A DNA stretch of 64,000 nucleotides, taken from Takakia lepidozioides (Eukaryota; Plantae; Bryophyta). The stretch lies in contig CM060732.1 in NCBI GenBank assembly GCA_030704615.1, forward strand, positions 2,914,001 to 2,978,000, read 5' to 3'. Position 1 is the stretch's first letter; each line of letters begins with the position of its first letter. The notes under the pieces are model-generated. The model saw only the letters and a program-made list of their open reading frames with translations, was not told the DNA's origin and made no database searches. Below are positions 61,245 through 64,000 of this stretch, piece after piece. Both the position numbers and the translations under genes were made by a program.

Positions 61245-64000
61245 CATCAGTCGCTTGGTGGAAGCGGTGGTCGCCAGGACTTGCAAGGTAGGCAAATTTT
61301 CTTGTGAGTTGTATCAGGAAACTGGCGCCTTACGAAAAGGGAGTCAGTTATTGTTCGTGGATGGGATAATATCCGGAACTAATGTGTCGTTGTTGGTGGA
61401 CACAGGAGCGTCGCACTCCTTCATGACACCGGCAACGGCACAAAAGCTGGGACTCCCGACAAAGTGACGTGGGGCCTCTATTGAGGTCCGTTCTGCCAAA
61501 GGAGAACCTCAGTTGGCGACAAGGTTGGCGATTGATGTTCCTCTTCAACTGGGGAGTTGGGAGGGACGTGAGAACTTCACCATCTGCGAGATCGATGGAG
61601 TAGATCTCATTTTAGGGATGACCTTTTTGAGCAAATCCGGAGCGGTCATAGATGGCCGCAAGAGAGTAGTCACGCTGCCATGTGGGATGGTGGCGAGGTC
61701 TTACGAGTGTCGGAAACGCCCAAATCCGTGGGAGGGCGAATAAACCTTCTGTCAGCAAGGGAGTGGGCCGTGGAGGAGCACACGAACCCCAGTTCTTGCT
61801 TTATATTAGAGAAGTGAAGGGAGAAGGCGATGGGGAGCCGAGCCCAGATTGGATCAAGGGGATTTTGGAGAAATACCAGGATGTGATGCCGGAGGATTTA
61901 CCAAGCGGCTTGCCACCGCGAAGAGGAGTTGACCACAAGATTGAGGTGATACCGGATCGGAACTGCCTGCCAAGGCGCCCTACCGGTTGAGCCACAGAGA
62001 GTTGGTCGAGCTGAAGACTCAGCTCAAGGATCTAATGTCAAAGGGGTACATCCGGCCGAGTAAGTCACCTTACGGAGCCCGGTGCTATTTGCAGACAAGA
62101 AGGATGGGACGCTGCGGATGTGTGTCGATTACAGGGCTCTGAATAAGGTGACTATCAAAAACCGGTACCCTTTGCCAAGGATCGACGACCTCTTCGATCG
62201 GTTGGCAGGAGCGAAGTATTTCAGCCGGATCGACTTGCGCTCCGGCTATCACCAAATTCGGGTGCGGAAGGAGATGAGGAGAAGACCGCGTGCAGGACAA
62301 GGTATGGTTCATATGAGTTCTTGGTGATGCCTTTTGGGCTCACCAATGCACCAGCGACATTTAGCACGCTGATGAACAGCCTTTTCCAGTGGTTGGATGA
62401 CTTTGTGATCGTGTACATCGACGACATCTTGGTGTACTCGAAAACAAAGGAGGAGCACCTGGAGCACCTCAAAAGGGTGTTCCAAAAATTGCGGGAAGGG
62501 AAGCTGTATGCCAAAGCTTCAAAGTGCGAATTCGGGGTCACGAAAGTGGAGTTCTTGGGGCATGTGATTACACAGGATGGGATCAAAATGGATGACAGAA
62601 AGGTGAGGGCGATCTTGGACTGGGAGCCTCCGACTTCGGTCCCGGGAGTGCGATCCTTCCTAAGACTCGCCTCCTATTACCGGAAGTATGTGAGAAATTT
62701 CGCCAAGATCACGGGGCCGCTGTCGGACCTTCTGTGTAAATCCAAAGTCTGGGTATGGAACACATTTTGTGGCCAAGCTTTTGCTGAATTGAAGCAGCGG
62801 ATGACGGAAGCTCCAGTCTTGAAAATCCCGGAGTTCGATCGTCCGTTTGAGATTCATACAGATGCATCGGACTTCGCGATAGGGGGTGTACTTATGCAAA
62901 ATGGACGTCCAGTGACTTACGAAAGTAAGAAACTGAATGAAGTGGAGCGACGGTGGCCGACGCACGAAAAAGAGATGAAGGCGGTGGTGCATTGCCTTGA
63001 GCTCTGGCGCCACTATGTTGGTTCAAACCCAATGAAGGTGTTCACGGACAATGTCACGGTGAAGTATTTTGCCACGCAGCCCAAGTTGTCCCCAAAACAA
63101 CTTAGGTGGCAAGATACTTTGGCAGTGTTCGACGTGGATATCCAGTACAAACCGGGACGGGACAATGTGGTGGCCGATGCTTTAAGTAAAAGGAGCAGCT
63201 CTTGTTGGTGTACAAGGGCGAGACGACACTCCAAAGGAAGATCCGGAAGGCTTGCCGGAAGGATGAGCTGGCGAAGTCCGTGATGCAGGACTTGAGGATG
63301 GGGATTAAATCGCAGTTCCACTTGCAAAATGGACTGCTCCGGTATAAGCAAAAGCGTCTCTACGTGCCGAAAGGAGGGATCAGGGATAGTCTCTTGAGAG
63401 AATGCCATGATAGCCCGCTTGCGGGCCACGGCGGAGCCAAGCGCACTGCGGCACTCTTGAAGAAAGAGTATTTCTGGCCCAAACTGAGGGAGGAGGCAGA
63501 GGAGTATGTCAAGACATGCACCACATGCCAACAAAACCGGAGCGAGTACAAAAAGCAAGCGGGGCTGTTACAACCCTTGCCGATTCCAGAGGGGACTTGG
63601 GAAAGCGTCTCGATGGATTTTATGACTGCTATGCCGCTGTCAAAAGGATTCGATGCAATCATGGAGGTGGTAGATAGGTTCAGTAAAATGGGCCATTTCA
63701 TCCCCACCAAGGAGACGGCAACGGCGCAGGAGACAGGGCGACTTTACTTCGCCCACGTCTTAAAGCATCATGGAGTCCCGAAGGATATTGTCTCGGACCG
63801 CGATCCAAAGTTTACGAGTAAATTTTGGAGAGCACTTTGGAAGAAGATGGGGACGAGGCTGAAGATGAGCACCGCCTTCCGACCTACGACGGACGGCCAA
63901 ACGGAAAGAGTGAATTCCGTAGTGAAGCAATTCTTGCGGAATTACGTGTCGTCAGACCAATCAGACTGGATGGAACACTTAGACGCGGCAGAGTTCTGTT
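61245..64000 (+). pseudogene. Ty3/Gypsy pol (protease, RT, RNase H, integrase), chromovirus-like, frameshifted, running off the window
   Basis: [84 protein letters not shown]. Confidence 0.95.

Overview
Repeat-rich eukaryotic DNA, most likely from a land plant (GT-AG introns, PLS-type PPR remnants); a non-seed plant such as a bryophyte, lycophyte or fern is a guess. No intact host gene is evident and the window is a nest of transposable elements. From left to right: the 3' end of a Ty3/Gypsy element whose integrase ends in a PHD finger; a complete 13.8-kb CACTA element (TIRs and GTA TSD) with a TnpD-type gene and an antisense TnpA-like gene carrying an FCP1/HAD-like domain; a ~13.3-kb degenerate Athila/Tat-like LTR element with a long extra ORF; a 500-N gap. 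Then a ~19-kb block (34.3-53.4 kb) holding a GCM-like/MULE/SWIM transposase, several related Mutator-type termini (one complete derivative with a 9-bp TSD), arrays of a GAAATGCGG-NN-CCGCATTTC palindrome, and a head-to-head pair of intron-containing genes that fuse a ParB/Srx-like domain (DGNHR) to a beta-class amino-DNA-methyltransferase fold. The right end holds two Gypsy elements scrambled by a ~5.5-kb inversion with 6-bp microhomology. The ParB-methyltransferase/MULE block is the best candidate for an undescribed system, a transposon-associated DNA-modification module, but the copies here carry stops and frameshifts and have a non-canonical catalytic motif. All calls come from manual motif reading; no database searches were run.
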